Below, piece by piece: positions 39,487 to 49,204 of a stretch of 64,000 nucleotides of DNA. Each line of letters opens with the position of its first letter. Position 1 is the stretch's first letter. The stretch is from Negativicutes bacterium (GTDB lineage: Bacteria; Bacillota; Negativicutes; UBA1444). The DNA is taken from NCBI GenBank assembly GCA_963665275.2, contig CAXXIN010000007.1:544001-608000 (forward strand), read 5' to 3'. The position numbers and the translations under genes are program-made. The notes under the pieces were generated by a model. That model searched no databases, was not told the DNA's origin, and saw only the letters and a list, made by a program, of their open reading frames with translations.

Positions 39487-40639
39487 ATCTCATAACCTCC
39501 TCGACCATGGTTTCGTTTTGTATATTCAACCTGCTGACCACGGAATCATCAACTGTCGTGCCTTGGCAGGCGTCTTTGCCGTTCTTAACATAGTTGCTAC
39601 ATTGCCAGACGATCTTTTTGCAGGCATGGTTGCTGTTCCATGTCCGCCGACGTAGGGGAGAGCCGCATTTACTGCAAAACAGCAGGCCGGTCAGCGGATA
39701 GCCGGTTTGGTACTTCGCCCGTATTTCTGCCGAGTTCCCTTTAGCCTTTCCGCGTAGTGCAATTTGCCGCTGCGACTCCTCCCACACGCCGCGAGGAATA
39801 ATCGGTGGGTGGTTATTTTCAATGTAATAGCTTTCGATTTCGCCGTGGTTCACGCACTTCTTTTTGCGCAGATGGTCCGCGCTGTAGGTCTTTTGAAGCT
39901 TGGCATCTCCCATGTACTTCTCATTTTTGAGGATGCCCAGGATCGTGCTGGAATGCCACCTACCACCGGCAACGGTTTCTACTCCTTCAGCGTTTAGGTC
40001 TTTTGCGATAACAAAGCTTCCCTTGCCGCCGATATAGTCGTCAAAAATGCGCTTGACCACGCTGGCTTGTTCGGCGTTGATCACAAGTTCCCCGTTCTTG
40101 TTTTTGTCATAGCCGAGGAACCTTGTGGTGTTGACGACAACTTCCCCTTTTTGAAACTTACGCCGGTATCGCCACTTCAGATTGTCACTGACATTTTTGC
40201 TTTCTTCTTGGGCAAAAGCAGAGAGGACGGTCAGCATCAGCTCACCATCCCCGTTACTACTGGATATTTGCTCTTTTTCAAAGAATACTTCCACGCCCAG
40301 TTCTTTTAGTTCCCGCACCAGTTCAAGCACAATGGCTGTGTTTCTGGCAAACCGGGAAATAGACTTTGTCAGGATCAAGTCGAGCTTCCCTGCTCTCGCA
40401 AGCGCCAGCATCTTCCGAAACTCTGGCCGGTCGTCTTTGGTCCCTGTGATTCCCTGATCCGCAAATACGCCTGCGTACTCGTAGTCCGGATTTGCTTCGA
40501 TCAAGCCTTGGTAATACTGTGTCTGGTTTACCAGCGACTCGCCCTGCGCCTCACTGTCTGAAGATACCCTGGCATAGGCGCAGACCCGTTTGCGTTTGGC
40601 TGTCATCGCTGGTAATGGTTCGATGATTCTGACCCTCAT
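39338..40639 (-). CDS. Large serine recombinase
   Basis: VCAYARVSS, DQGITGT, KSISRFARN, CSKCG...WQC. Confidence 0.95.
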   Translation of the reverse strand: MRVRIIEPLPAMTAKRKRVCAYARVSSDSEAQGESLVNQTQYYQGLIEANPDYEYAGVFADQGITGTKDDRPEFRKMLALARAGKLDLILTKSISRFARNTAIVLELVRELKELGVEVFFEKEQISSSNGDGELMLTVLSAFAQEESKNVSDNLKWRYRRKFQKGEVVVNTTRFLGYDKNKNGELVINAEQASVVKRIFDDYIGGKGSFVIAKDLNAEGVETVAGGRWHSSTILGILKNEKYMGDAKLQKTYSADHLRKKKCVNHGEIESYYIENNHPPIIPRGVWEESQRQIALRGKAKGNSAEIRAKYQTGYPLTGLLFCSKCGSPLRRRTWNSNHACKKIVWQCSNYVKNGKDACQGTTVDDSVVSRLNIQNETMVEEVMRYGEKHYRYTRKAQSHQPCGKPGAEEKTRSSVLPGVDRSGRTVIKLRSPG

Positions 40640-40769
40640 AGTCTCTGTCCTTTCTATCAACTGTCATGACTATACATCACTCTGCGGCCGGGTTAAGTCA
40701 AGTTAATAGAGCCGATAAACTGCCGAACGCAGGACATTCTTCTAGGATGGCAGAACATTATCAAACGAG

Positions 40770-41314
40770 GTGATGGCCATGTCGACTGGCGATATCTTGC
40801 CGGATGTGTTAGCTCCCAATCTTAAACTCGTGATCTGCGGCTCCGCTGTCGGTGCCGAGTCCGCCCGTGCGGGTTCTTACTACGCAGGAAGAAACAATCT
40901 GTTCTGGCAAATACTCCATGAAATAGGCCTTACAGACCGTGTTTTGCACACTTCGGAATACCGCAACCTGCTTCAGTACGGAGTCGGCTTGACTGATGCC
41001 GCCAAGAAGGTCTCTGGGGTGGACGCCAATATCAAAACAGAGGATTATGATGCAGGCGCTTTTGTGCAGAAATGCTTTTCTTTCAACCCCAAATCATCTG
41101 TTTCAATGGCAAAAAGGCCGCCGCAAATTTATGTTCCTGGCAGCATCAGCACAATTGCAGAACAAAAGAAATCGGCTACGGAATCTACCCACACCCGATC
41201 CTGCCAAATGGCTCCACCCTATTCGTAGCCCCTTCGACCTCTGCAACCGCCAAGAGATATTGGCAGCCTGACTATTGGCGTGAACTGGCCGCATTACTAA
41301 AGCAACTGCCTTGA
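40770..41314 (+). pseudogene. G/U mismatch-specific DNA glycosylase (MUG-like), frameshifted
   Basis: LPDVLAPNLKLVICG...YYAGRNNLFW...GLTD in one frame, then FNGKKAA...PSTSATA in another. Shift at CAGAAATG near 41070. Confidence 0.75.
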
Positions 41315-41498
41315 CCAAGCAGAATGCTGATTGAAACACCGGCGAACAAAACAGAACCCGCCGCAGTTTGCAGACGGGTTGAGAACCTATTGTCTTTTTT
41401 CAAGACATCTCTTTTCTTCACTTCACCCAGCATTCTTTCTGCATAAAGGATTCGCCAAAATAGGCAGAATAAGGCTTGGCTATGCAGAAACCAATTAC

Positions 41499-41819
41499 CT
41501 ACAAGATATCCAGATACTTGCTCGCCCCAAAGAGAACGCGCATGATCACAACCTGTTTGCCTACTTCATCGACCAGATAAAATATCAAATAGTTATCCAC
41601 GACGACTTTCCGATATCCCTTAGCTCTAAGAGGTTCTTCAAGTACATACGAACCGGAAAACGGAAATACCGTCAGCCGCATCGTCGCCTTTTCTATTTGC
41701 TCAAACAAATCATCGGCGGCCTTTGCAGCTGAAAGCGTATTGAAAATATAGCCATAGATCGCATCGAGATCTTCTGCCGCTTTCGGAGCAACTCGCACGC
41801 AATACTTATGCTCTGGCAT
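41499..41819 (-). CDS. RelE/ParE-family toxin
   Basis: AAEDLDAIYGYI...FPFSG...GYRKVVVDNYLIFY...IMRV. Confidence 0.85.
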   Translation of the reverse strand: MPEHKYCVRVAPKAAEDLDAIYGYIFNTLSAAKAADDLFEQIEKATMRLTVFPFSGSYVLEEPLRAKGYRKVVVDNYLIFYLVDEVGKQVVIMRVLFGASKYLDIL

Positions 41820-42072
41820 ATTTTGTCCTCAGTTTTTTAAACACTTCTTCACCGTCTAGTAGCGGTACCCCATCAGCAATTTGCTTTTCCGCTTCAGCCA
41901 GTTTTTGATACACGTCCAAAAGCGCCATTTGTCGTTCGTATGTTTTCATGCTCATAACCACCAAGTCCCCATAGCCATTCTTGGTAATAAAAATGGGCTC
42001 TTGCTTTTTATGACAAAGTTCAGATATCTCATTGGTGTTTCGCAAATCCGTAATCGGCCTGATTTCCGGCAT
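41806..42072 (-). CDS. Phd/YefM-family antitoxin
   Basis: IRPITDLRN...EPIFITKNGYGDLVVMS. Confidence 0.88.
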   Translation of the reverse strand: MPEIRPITDLRNTNEISELCHKKQEPIFITKNGYGDLVVMSMKTYERQMALLDVYQKLAEAEKQIADGVPLLDGEEVFKKLRTKYARA

Positions 42073-42115
42073 AGCCAACCCTCCTCGGTGTTTTTACATC
42101 ATTATTATAGCATAA

Positions 42116-42580
42116 TTACGTACAAATACCCACGCCAGCCAACTCATCTTCGCTCCAAAACCTCGCTTTGATATAACAAGCATGGCAACAATACTTCCGC
42201 TTCTTATCCCCATAAGCTCGGAAGGGTTTGCCGCAATGCCGGCAAGTAAACGAATATATCGCCGCTTCGCTTTTACATTGTGCCTCAGGATGCTCATTCC
42301 ACCATTTTCGGCGACAATCCGCTGAACAAAAGCGGCGGCTTCTGCCTTTCAGGTTTTTCTTGAAGTCTTGACCGCAGGCAGGGCAGAAAAAATTGTTCTT
42401 CCCTGATTCAACAACAGTTAGCGATACAGCTTTTGAGCCTCCCTCAAACCCCTTCTTTTTACAAATGCCACGAACCGTATCCCGTGAAATTCCCATGACT
42501 GCTGCAATAGCTTTATATCCGGCTCCCTGGAGCCGAAGGTCATGAATTTGCTGTTTTATGGCTTCGGTCATCAGCCGCAC
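42116..42580 (-). CDS. HTH plus zinc-finger protein (sigma-70-region-like, prophage type)
   Basis: LRLQGAGYKAIA...SRDTVRGIC; CPACG; RRFCSADCRRKWW; CRHCG; RKYCCHACY. Confidence 0.7.
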   Translation of the reverse strand: MRLMTEAIKQQIHDLRLQGAGYKAIAAVMGISRDTVRGICKKKGFEGGSKAVSLTVVESGKNNFFCPACGQDFKKNLKGRSRRFCSADCRRKWWNEHPEAQCKSEAAIYSFTCRHCGKPFRAYGDKKRKYCCHACYIKARFWSEDELAGVGICT

Positions 42581-42654
42581 TCCTTTCTATATTTACGTAG
42601 GCAAAGTACAACCGCTAGTTGGCATTGCCTTTTATTTTGCGCCGGCAACGTCCA

Positions 42655-42750
42655 ATACCCCCTAGTTCTGTTTTGCGAAATTTCACGTGTGCCTGGGGCG
42701 CGCTCTACAAACTTAAAAGCCCCAAGGAAATGACCCCCTATGGGGTCTGA
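42655..42750 (-). other. cos/packaging-site-like motif
   Basis: Minus strand GACCCCATAGGGGGTC...GCGCGCCCCAGGCACACGTGAAATTTCGCAAAA...GGGGG resembles the motif I recall between HNH and small-terminase genes of Firmicute cos phages. Confidence 0.45.
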
Positions 42751-42808
42751 AAGTGATAGCATAGGCCCACGATCGTTCTGTAATGGCATCCTCTGAAGCA
42801 CTCAGTGC

Positions 42809-43087
42809 CTACTGCAACTTTTGTTTTCTAAGATGATAATCATCTACCAAGTGCTCCATCTTATCCCTTATCAGCTCAATCACGCCAGTAACAAACATTG
42901 CAGCTTGCTGCGAAGAAAAGCCGGCTGCTTCCAGTATCGCTCTTGCTCTCTCCACATGAATCGCCTCAATCCCCACAGCAAGAAAAATCATTCCATCTGC
43001 CTGCGGAAATACGTCTAGTCTTGCGTTTTGCATGATTAATGTATTAGCGTCTCGGATTGCTTGTTCTCTTTTCGCTATACGGTCCAT
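42809..43087 (-). CDS. Hypothetical protein
   Basis: 92-aa ORF with RBS GGAGG, directly after the putative origin. Confidence 0.6.
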   Translation of the reverse strand: MDRIAKREQAIRDANTLIMQNARLDVFPQADGMIFLAVGIEAIHVERARAILEAAGFSSQQAAMFVTGVIELIRDKMEHLVDDYHLRKQKLQ

Positions 43088-43112
43088 AATTTCGCCTCCA
43101 TTTTTTCAAGAC

Positions 43113-43238
43113 GACAGCGCATCTTTTTGAATGACAGCGCATTTTACCTATTTTCACCTTTTTTTCACATGAAAGAGTAGTAGTAAAAAAACATGGAAAG
43201 TGCCTAAAATGCGCTGTCACTTGTAGAAATGCGCTGTC
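43113..43238. repeat. Iteron-type replication origin candidate
   Basis: GACAGCGCAT at 43113 and 43133, inverted ATGCGCTGTC at 43209 and 43229, flanking an AT-rich core. Lies just past the primase/helicase stop. Confidence 0.75.
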
Positions 43239-43242
43239 TTTG

Positions 43243-45057
43243 CTACAGGCCTGCAATGTCATTGAAATCTTGCGTGCTTTGTGGCCGAAGTTTTAGACCC
43301 ACTACGCATCGTTCTCCGCTGCTATTCATTGCAAGTTTTACCCCTTTGGTTTTTAATGTTTCACTAAATTTTCTCCGACTAAAAAAACACCTCATCCCGT
43401 TTTTCACTACCCAGTCCCGAAAGTTCTGGAATAAATCAACGGTTTTGGTCTTGATGTTTGGTGCCTCCTCGCAACATTCATCCAACCAATCTGTAAATAC
43501 ATCATTTTCAGAACGATATTCCTGCGTTGCTTGAATCACATCCTCCGGGGGATTCAATCCTTCCTTTTGCCATTGAAGACAACCCTCGACCATCCAGCGA
43601 AGAATGCCTGGCCATTCTTGCCGAAGATTTTCTTTCAGCAGGTTGTCCCGAGCCGCGCCCTCAAATTTCTCCGTGAACGGTATCAGCCTGATTCGACGCC
43701 AAAAGGCGCCATCTTCTCCGCTGGCAGCCGGCTTATGATTGGTCAGTAGACACAGTTTAAACGACGGTGTAAAATCAAAAAATTCACAGTGCAAGAAGCG
43801 TGCTTTAATCACGTCCTGCCCAGTTAACTGCTTTACAAGCGCCATATTCATTTTCCGGCCTTCAATCGTTTCGCTGGCCAACACAAAGCGCGAACCCCGC
43901 AGAGCCGCAATGTCGTTGTTGATGCCTTCATTCCTTTTCACAAGCAAGGTTTCCGCCGGCGTTGTGGTGGCGTAATCCCCCATTATCGACTGAACTACAT
44001 TGAATAACGTGGATTTGCCATTCGCACCCGTCCCCCACGCAATGGCCAGGATTTGTTCTCGACAGTCACTTGTCAAACAGTATCCCAAAAACTTCTGCAC
44101 GAATCGGATTACGCTCGAATTCCCGCCCCCGAGTATGGTATCTGGAAAAATTTCCTCTAAAAACTGTGTGAACCGTGGACACCTTGCTACCGGGTCATAC
44201 ATCACCGGCGCTTGCTTGGTAATCAGATCAGTGTTGTCATGCGGCAACAGGGTTCCACTTTTCAAATCGATGGTTCCATTTTGCACATTGAGCTTCCATG
44301 GACTGCGATCAAAAGCGTCCACTGTGACACTCAATTTATACGAAGCCCCCTCGGCCATGGCTTTCATCCGAACAAGCGCTTCTGATTTGTTGGCATGCAA
44401 AGCAATGGCTTTCCTGTCAGCAGGTTCGGTGGCGGCGGCCGCCTCCGCGTAAATGGATCGAACACATTCAGCAGCCAATTTCATGATCTCGTGCGATTCA
44501 TCCCGTCGCCAGCACCCACCGGAATAAACGAACCAGGATTTAAGTTGTGGACAGTGCAGCACCCGGCCTTGGAACCTTCGGGCGAAACGCGATGCATTGC
44601 CCAGGTCCGTCAAATGTTTCGCCTGACTATATTCAGGATCATAATGCGCCGTTTGTTTTTCCTGTGCCCTTGCAATGGTCATAGCTCCGTAGGTCTTTTC
44701 TCCGTGCTGTTCGTCCCACTTGGGCCGGTATAGCTCCGATTGCCGAAACAATCTGTCTATCTGCTCAGAATCCTGCGTCCAAAAGGCAAGAATCATACAG
44801 AGTGCGGAATCCGCTTCAGATTGGGAAGTGTACCGGTCCGGATAATCCTGCCAACGCCCTTCCCATAAATCCATAAATAGAAAACTGTTGCGCTTGGCCC
44901 CCTGTGCTCTACTTACGATTTCATCGTCCGTCAGAAGATTTCCGTCCCCCTTTACCAGCGATTCATCTTGCGTCGGTGGCGGCTGAGGAGGATCAGCGGC
45001 GAAGATTTTAGCGTAGAATATGTTCAGTACATCCTGCCGGCTTGCAATCTCTTTCAT
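43243..45057 (-). CDS. P4-family/D5-like primase-helicase
   Basis: SQSEADSALC..LAFWT, TDLGNASRF, Walker A GTGANGKST, TNHKP, FWRRIRLIPF. Confidence 0.9.
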   Translation of the reverse strand: MKEIASRQDVLNIFYAKIFAADPPQPPPTQDESLVKGDGNLLTDDEIVSRAQGAKRNSFLFMDLWEGRWQDYPDRYTSQSEADSALCMILAFWTQDSEQIDRLFRQSELYRPKWDEQHGEKTYGAMTIARAQEKQTAHYDPEYSQAKHLTDLGNASRFARRFQGRVLHCPQLKSWFVYSGGCWRRDESHEIMKLAAECVRSIYAEAAAATEPADRKAIALHANKSEALVRMKAMAEGASYKLSVTVDAFDRSPWKLNVQNGTIDLKSGTLLPHDNTDLITKQAPVMYDPVARCPRFTQFLEEIFPDTILGGGNSSVIRFVQKFLGYCLTSDCREQILAIAWGTGANGKSTLFNVVQSIMGDYATTTPAETLLVKRNEGINNDIAALRGSRFVLASETIEGRKMNMALVKQLTGQDVIKARFLHCEFFDFTPSFKLCLLTNHKPAASGEDGAFWRRIRLIPFTEKFEGAARDNLLKENLRQEWPGILRWMVEGCLQWQKEGLNPPEDVIQATQEYRSENDVFTDWLDECCEEAPNIKTKTVDLFQNFRDWVVKNGMRCFFSRRKFSETLKTKGVKLAMNSSGERCVVGLKLRPQSTQDFNDIAGL

Positions 45058-45554
45058 GCACTCCCCTCCGGCAACAGGTTTCCGGTGATGGTGAAATAGT
45101 GGGCGCAGTCATACATTTCAATCCGGCCACCGCGCTTTTTGCATTTTGGACCTGGCTTCTTGCCCTTGATAATGATATGCAGCCCACTCCCACTCGGGCT
45201 AATTTCCGTATAGGAATTAAACTGCTTCACAATGTCGAGCGCCCAAGGTTCTATTTCACCCGTTTGAGGGTTTCTGCATTTGTCCAGGTCAATTCCGCAG
45301 TAGGCGTCGGTCGCAGCAAATACAAATCCTATGCCAGAAATGTTATTGATCTTTGTCATGGCTTCCGCTGCTTCCGTATATCCCCCCCAGGTGTTGGGGT
45401 CTGTAGGATCTGCATTGCTGCCTGTCTTTAGGTTTACCGGTGTTTTGTCAACCATCACTCCTTTGCTGTTTTTGCGCGGTCCCCACACAACCCACTGGGG
45501 TCGGTCTTTCAGCTCCTGCGGTATGTTCTCATAGGATATGTTTTGTGTAAGCAA
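45054..45554 (-). CDS. Primase/polymerase N-terminal catalytic domain protein
   Basis: IPQELK...QWVVW...DPNTW...GIGFV...GIDLDKC...YTEISPSGSGLHI...IEMY...YFTITG. Confidence 0.85.
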   Translation of the reverse strand: MLTQNISYENIPQELKDRPQWVVWGPRKNSKGVMVDKTPVNLKTGSNADPTDPNTWGGYTEAAEAMTKINNISGIGFVFAATDAYCGIDLDKCRNPQTGEIEPWALDIVKQFNSYTEISPSGSGLHIIIKGKKPGPKCKKRGGRIEMYDCAHYFTITGNLLPEGSA

Positions 45555-45627
45555 CTTTTATGCACCCCATCGCTAGCCCCGCGTGGCAGCGGGACTTTTT
45601 CTTTTGGGAATAGAGAAGGCGACGCAT

Positions 45628-45813
45628 TTACGCGCCGCCCCAGGGTTCACTCGCCGGCCAATATCCGGCTTGGCTGATAGTCTGCTTTTGTTCCGTAATA
45701 ATGTCCTCCACCGCAAGCCTTGGTACTGGGTCTTTTACATCGTAGACGTTTTTCCACTCAAGCGCTTTTTCGATCCACACCTTTGTCCGGTTCTTTTTCC
45801 TGTCTCTGGACAT
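45628..45813 (-). CDS. Small hypothetical backbone protein
   Basis: RBS GGAGGTGA upstream. The reading frame is conserved in the second copy at 3003-3179. Confidence 0.55.
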   Translation of the reverse strand: MSRDRKKNRTKVWIEKALEWKNVYDVKDPVPRLAVEDIITEQKQTISQAGYWPASEPWGGA

Positions 45814-45870
45814 AACTCACCTCCTGCTCCGTCGGCAATGCTCCTGCAACATCAACGGGTTCTTTCTTTG

Positions 45871-46059
45871 TTATCGGCCGCTTATCTTGTCACTATTGGG
45901 GGCAGTTATCTTGTTCACCCAATATGCCGGGATGAACACGCGTCCTCCTATACGCACACTGGGCACTTCCCCACGCTTGATCGCCTGCCACATGCCGCTT
46001 CTGGACAAAGGAACAATCTTGAGCGCCTCTTTGATTGTGAACAGCTTTGTGTCTACCAT
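45871..46059 (-). CDS. Excisionase-like HTH protein
   Basis: LFTIKEA...LSRSGMWQAIKRGEVPSVRIGGRVFIP. Confidence 0.8.
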   Translation of the reverse strand: MVDTKLFTIKEALKIVPLSRSGMWQAIKRGEVPSVRIGGRVFIPAYWVNKITAPNSDKISGR

Positions 46060-46148
46060 CTCTCAGCCTCCCGTTTTCTAAACTCATTCAATGTGTTTTG
46101 TTTCCCTAAGTAAATGGCGCTTTCACGCCCTAAACTATTTCTCTCAAT

Positions 46149-46862
46149 TTAACTCTTTCGCTTCTTGAACGGTTTCAATATGAGTCGTATATCTGTTTGG
46201 ACATCGCGCAAAACGATTTCATCTTCAAGAATCCTGGAGTGGGTTTCCACTTTTTTTATATACCAATCCACAAACACCGTATGCATTTTACCACCCCAAC
46301 CCTGCTCTACGGTTCTCGTGTCATCACCGTAGCCTTCCGCACCTTGCGCAATTTCCCAGGATGCACGATATTCAATTTGAACCTGAGCTGGAATATCAAA
46401 AGGAATACCATATTCCGCTTTATATCTGGCCATAATCCACGAAAAAATCATAGAATCAACATTTAGATCATTTTCATAGAGCGGAGAATCCGAGGCATCG
46501 AGAAATACTTCCCTGCATTTATCGGCAGGCTCGTTTACTTCTGGCTCAGGATAAATCTCCACGTTTCCCTTTTGCCATTTCTCAAATTCAGCAAGGATAT
46601 CGCTCAATTCACCCTCGCAGATTTCGGCGATGAAACCTCTAGCCGCTGCCCTGACTTCTGCCACTTGTTTCATACTGTGGGCCTTCAAAAGGTGCGCCGC
46701 CGCCGCAATTTCCCACTTGGTTTCAGGCGGATATTCGCTCCACTTTCCTCCGGCACGTCCCTTATTTCCTCTTTGCGGCGTGGGAACCAGCCCTGCGTTC
46801 ACCCATCGGCGCAAGGTTTCACAGGAGATGGATGCATTTTGCAATACTTCCTCACGTGTCAT
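46149..46862 (-). CDS. Protein with an N-terminal MerR-like HTH
   Basis: MTREEVL...ISCETLRRWVNAGLVPTP; the C-terminal part is unrecognised. Confidence 0.6.
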   Translation of the reverse strand: MTREEVLQNASISCETLRRWVNAGLVPTPQRGNKGRAGGKWSEYPPETKWEIAAAAHLLKAHSMKQVAEVRAAARGFIAEICEGELSDILAEFEKWQKGNVEIYPEPEVNEPADKCREVFLDASDSPLYENDLNVDSMIFSWIMARYKAEYGIPFDIPAQVQIEYRASWEIAQGAEGYGDDTRTVEQGWGGKMHTVFVDWYIKKVETHSRILEDEIVLRDVQTDIRLILKPFKKRKS

Positions 46863-46881
46863 TGATATATCCCTCAATATT

Positions 46882-46938
46882 TCAAAACACATTATGTGTG
46901 TTTTGTTTTAATTATATCACTCGCGCTATTGCTGTCAA
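46882..46938 (-). promoter_or_regulatory. Sigma-A promoter with a downstream operator-like inverted repeat
   Basis: TTGACA (46933-46938), 16-bp spacer, TG-n-TATAAT (46911-46916). Inverted repeat CAAAACACA...TGTGTTTTG at ~46883-46905. Confidence 0.65.
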
Positions 46939-47047
46939 TAAGCAGGAGCTTTTGTTCATAGATTTTTTTGTGTTTATCCTATATTAATATATCCCTTATC
47001 TCCGCATCCATAACATTTTTAAAGCAATTAAAATGCAGATTCAATAA

Positions 47048-48061
47048 CTAATCGCCTTTTAAATACTTCTTCATCGCTTTGTCAAAATTCGAGATATACT
47101 CTTTATCTTGTTTTTCCCTAAACCTTTCATACTCACTTTGTGCTTTTGTAATGGCTGCCTCATGACTAATTTTTCCTGCATCTTTGAGAACTTCCTGCCG
47201 ATTATACTTTAAGAATTCATCTGTAATATCCAGCCAATCCTTCATGGTCATAATCTGTTCGTTCAATGCCTGAAATTCAGCATAATCAATATACATTGTC
47301 ACTATTCTGTTAAGGCGATCCAGCTCTTTTTCATTGAGGTAATTTTTTGCCACCGTAATATCGCTTTTCAAAATCTTTCCGGCAGGAGATGCTTTCCAGT
47401 TAGTTAGTCCCATTGTCGGGCGTGCGCTGTCAGCTCTATCATGAATTATTTCCGCCGCAGTTTTTCCGGTTATGGCAAAGTGCATTTTATTCTGGACAAA
47501 AGCATAGAATGCCCTCGTTTCCTCTGAACCCGAATTATAATCGCTACTGCACTGTTCAAATACATCGGCAATTTTCTGGTAAGCCCTACGTTCAGAAGCC
47601 CTGATCTCCCTAATGCGCTCTAACAGCTCATCAAAATAATCCTTGCCAAATGGTCTTCCGTTTTTTAGCATCTCATCATTCAATACAAAGCCTTTTAAAA
47701 TGTACTCCTTTAATGTTTGAGTTGCCCAGATTCTAAACTGAGTAGCCTTTATCGAATTCACCCGGTACCCGACTGCAATAATGGCATCAAGATTATAAAA
47801 TTCGACATTGCGTTTTATATTTCTTTCGCCTTCGTTTTGAACTGTTTCCATAACGGAAACAGTTGCATTTTTTTCAAGTTCACCGGATTCATAGATATTT
47901 TTAAGATGCTTAGAAATGGCGGCTTTCTGAACATCGAACAGTTCTCCCATGGCTTTTTGTGTCAACCAAAAATTTTCATCAGTAAAATAAACACTGACTT
48001 TTACTTTGCCTTCATCAGTTTGATAAAGTATTATTTTATTTTCTTTAGATGAATTATCCAC
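47048..48061 (-). CDS. RhuM-family protein
   Basis: WLTQKAMGELF, YNLDAIIAVGYRVNS, ATQFRIWAT, IREIRASERR, VAKNYL, AGKISHE. GTG start after AAAGGAG. Confidence 0.9.
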   Translation of the reverse strand: MDNSSKENKIILYQTDEGKVKVSVYFTDENFWLTQKAMGELFDVQKAAISKHLKNIYESGELEKNATVSVMETVQNEGERNIKRNVEFYNLDAIIAVGYRVNSIKATQFRIWATQTLKEYILKGFVLNDEMLKNGRPFGKDYFDELLERIREIRASERRAYQKIADVFEQCSSDYNSGSEETRAFYAFVQNKMHFAITGKTAAEIIHDRADSARPTMGLTNWKASPAGKILKSDITVAKNYLNEKELDRLNRIVTMYIDYAEFQALNEQIMTMKDWLDITDEFLKYNRQEVLKDAGKISHEAAITKAQSEYERFREKQDKEYISNFDKAMKKYLKGD

Positions 48062-48361
48062 CGTTCGACCTACTCCTTTCCTCGTTCTCTTGCAAAAGCT
48101 GCTTCTAATTCCACTATACGCCTTAAACACGGCATCTTCCGCACTCTGGCAGAAGATGATATCGAAACAATCAAGGCGAAAGACACGATTGCCAGCTGCA
48201 TATCGGCCACGAATCTCTATAATCCTAATCCTTATTCAGCGGGCTTCTTACCTTCAACATGATGCTCCCTTTGCGTGCCACACGGGCTAACATCAATACC
48301 CCCCGAGGGTTATTCGGCCGCTCTCTTGTTGCTGTCATAATTTGCGTAACTCAGGGCAACT

Positions 48362-49201
48362 TCACCAAACAAACGATTCTTCTGGGATGTTCGTAATAAC
48401 CAATTCTTTACCCTTAACACTGACTCTGGCGTTATGCTGAATATCGTACCCAGTCACCATGTACTGTTTATAGATATCCCTTATTAGATCGCAGTCATCA
48501 TAAGTAATAATCCACGGAATATCCCTAAGGTGTTCGGTTATAACCTGCTCAAGATTTCTGTGATCAGATTCTTTGAAGTAATTTGTATATAGCCGGCTCC
48601 CTTTAACTACGTATGGAGGATCAATATTTAAGAAAGCAGTATCGTTTGGGAAGTCTAATTGGTTAATAATCAAATCACTGGCATCGTAGTTATACAGCGA
48701 AATGCGATCCTCTAGCAAAGCAATATCCGTGATTTTCCTTTTTATCTCTTCCTTATTGAATCGACAATCCAGCTTATATTCGCCTTTCTGCATCAATCCG
48801 CCAATTGAGCCGCCTTTGATGATGCCAGAAAAGTTCACGCGATTTAAAAACAATGTTGCGAAGCCATCGCTCAAAGCATCTGCAGCACTGTCTTTGTACA
48901 CTGCCTTTTGTTTCTCTCGTTCATCAATTGTGATGGGCGTATCTGTAATTTTTCTAAGCAAATCGTCGGTGCTGTAAAGCACGGAATGCCAAAAATGATA
49001 TATATGCGAATCGAAATCATTTAATACAACGGATTGCACAACGTTATCGCATAACAAACCAATCCCTATTCCAAACCCTCCCGCAAAAGGCTCAACATAG
49101 GTTCTATCGCCCAGTGAATTGGTTTCAACAAGGTGCTTAACCTTGTCATAGATTTTTGATTTTCCGCCTGGATAGCGAAGCGGCGAAAGCGATTTAGCCA
49201 T
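48362..49201 (-). CDS. D12/Dam-class N6-adenine DNA methyltransferase
   Basis: SPLRYPGGKS, EPFAGG, LND, DPPY. Confidence 0.92.
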   Translation of the reverse strand: MAKSLSPLRYPGGKSKIYDKVKHLVETNSLGDRTYVEPFAGGFGIGIGLLCDNVVQSVVLNDFDSHIYHFWHSVLYSTDDLLRKITDTPITIDEREKQKAVYKDSAADALSDGFATLFLNRVNFSGIIKGGSIGGLMQKGEYKLDCRFNKEEIKRKITDIALLEDRISLYNYDASDLIINQLDFPNDTAFLNIDPPYVVKGSRLYTNYFKESDHRNLEQVITEHLRDIPWIITYDDCDLIRDIYKQYMVTGYDIQHNARVSVKGKELVITNIPEESFVW

Positions 49202-49204
49202 TGT

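Noticed and set aside
38068-46900. Intact prophage or conjugative ICE
   Set aside because: No capsid, terminase, tail, lysis, relaxase or T4SS genes were recognised.
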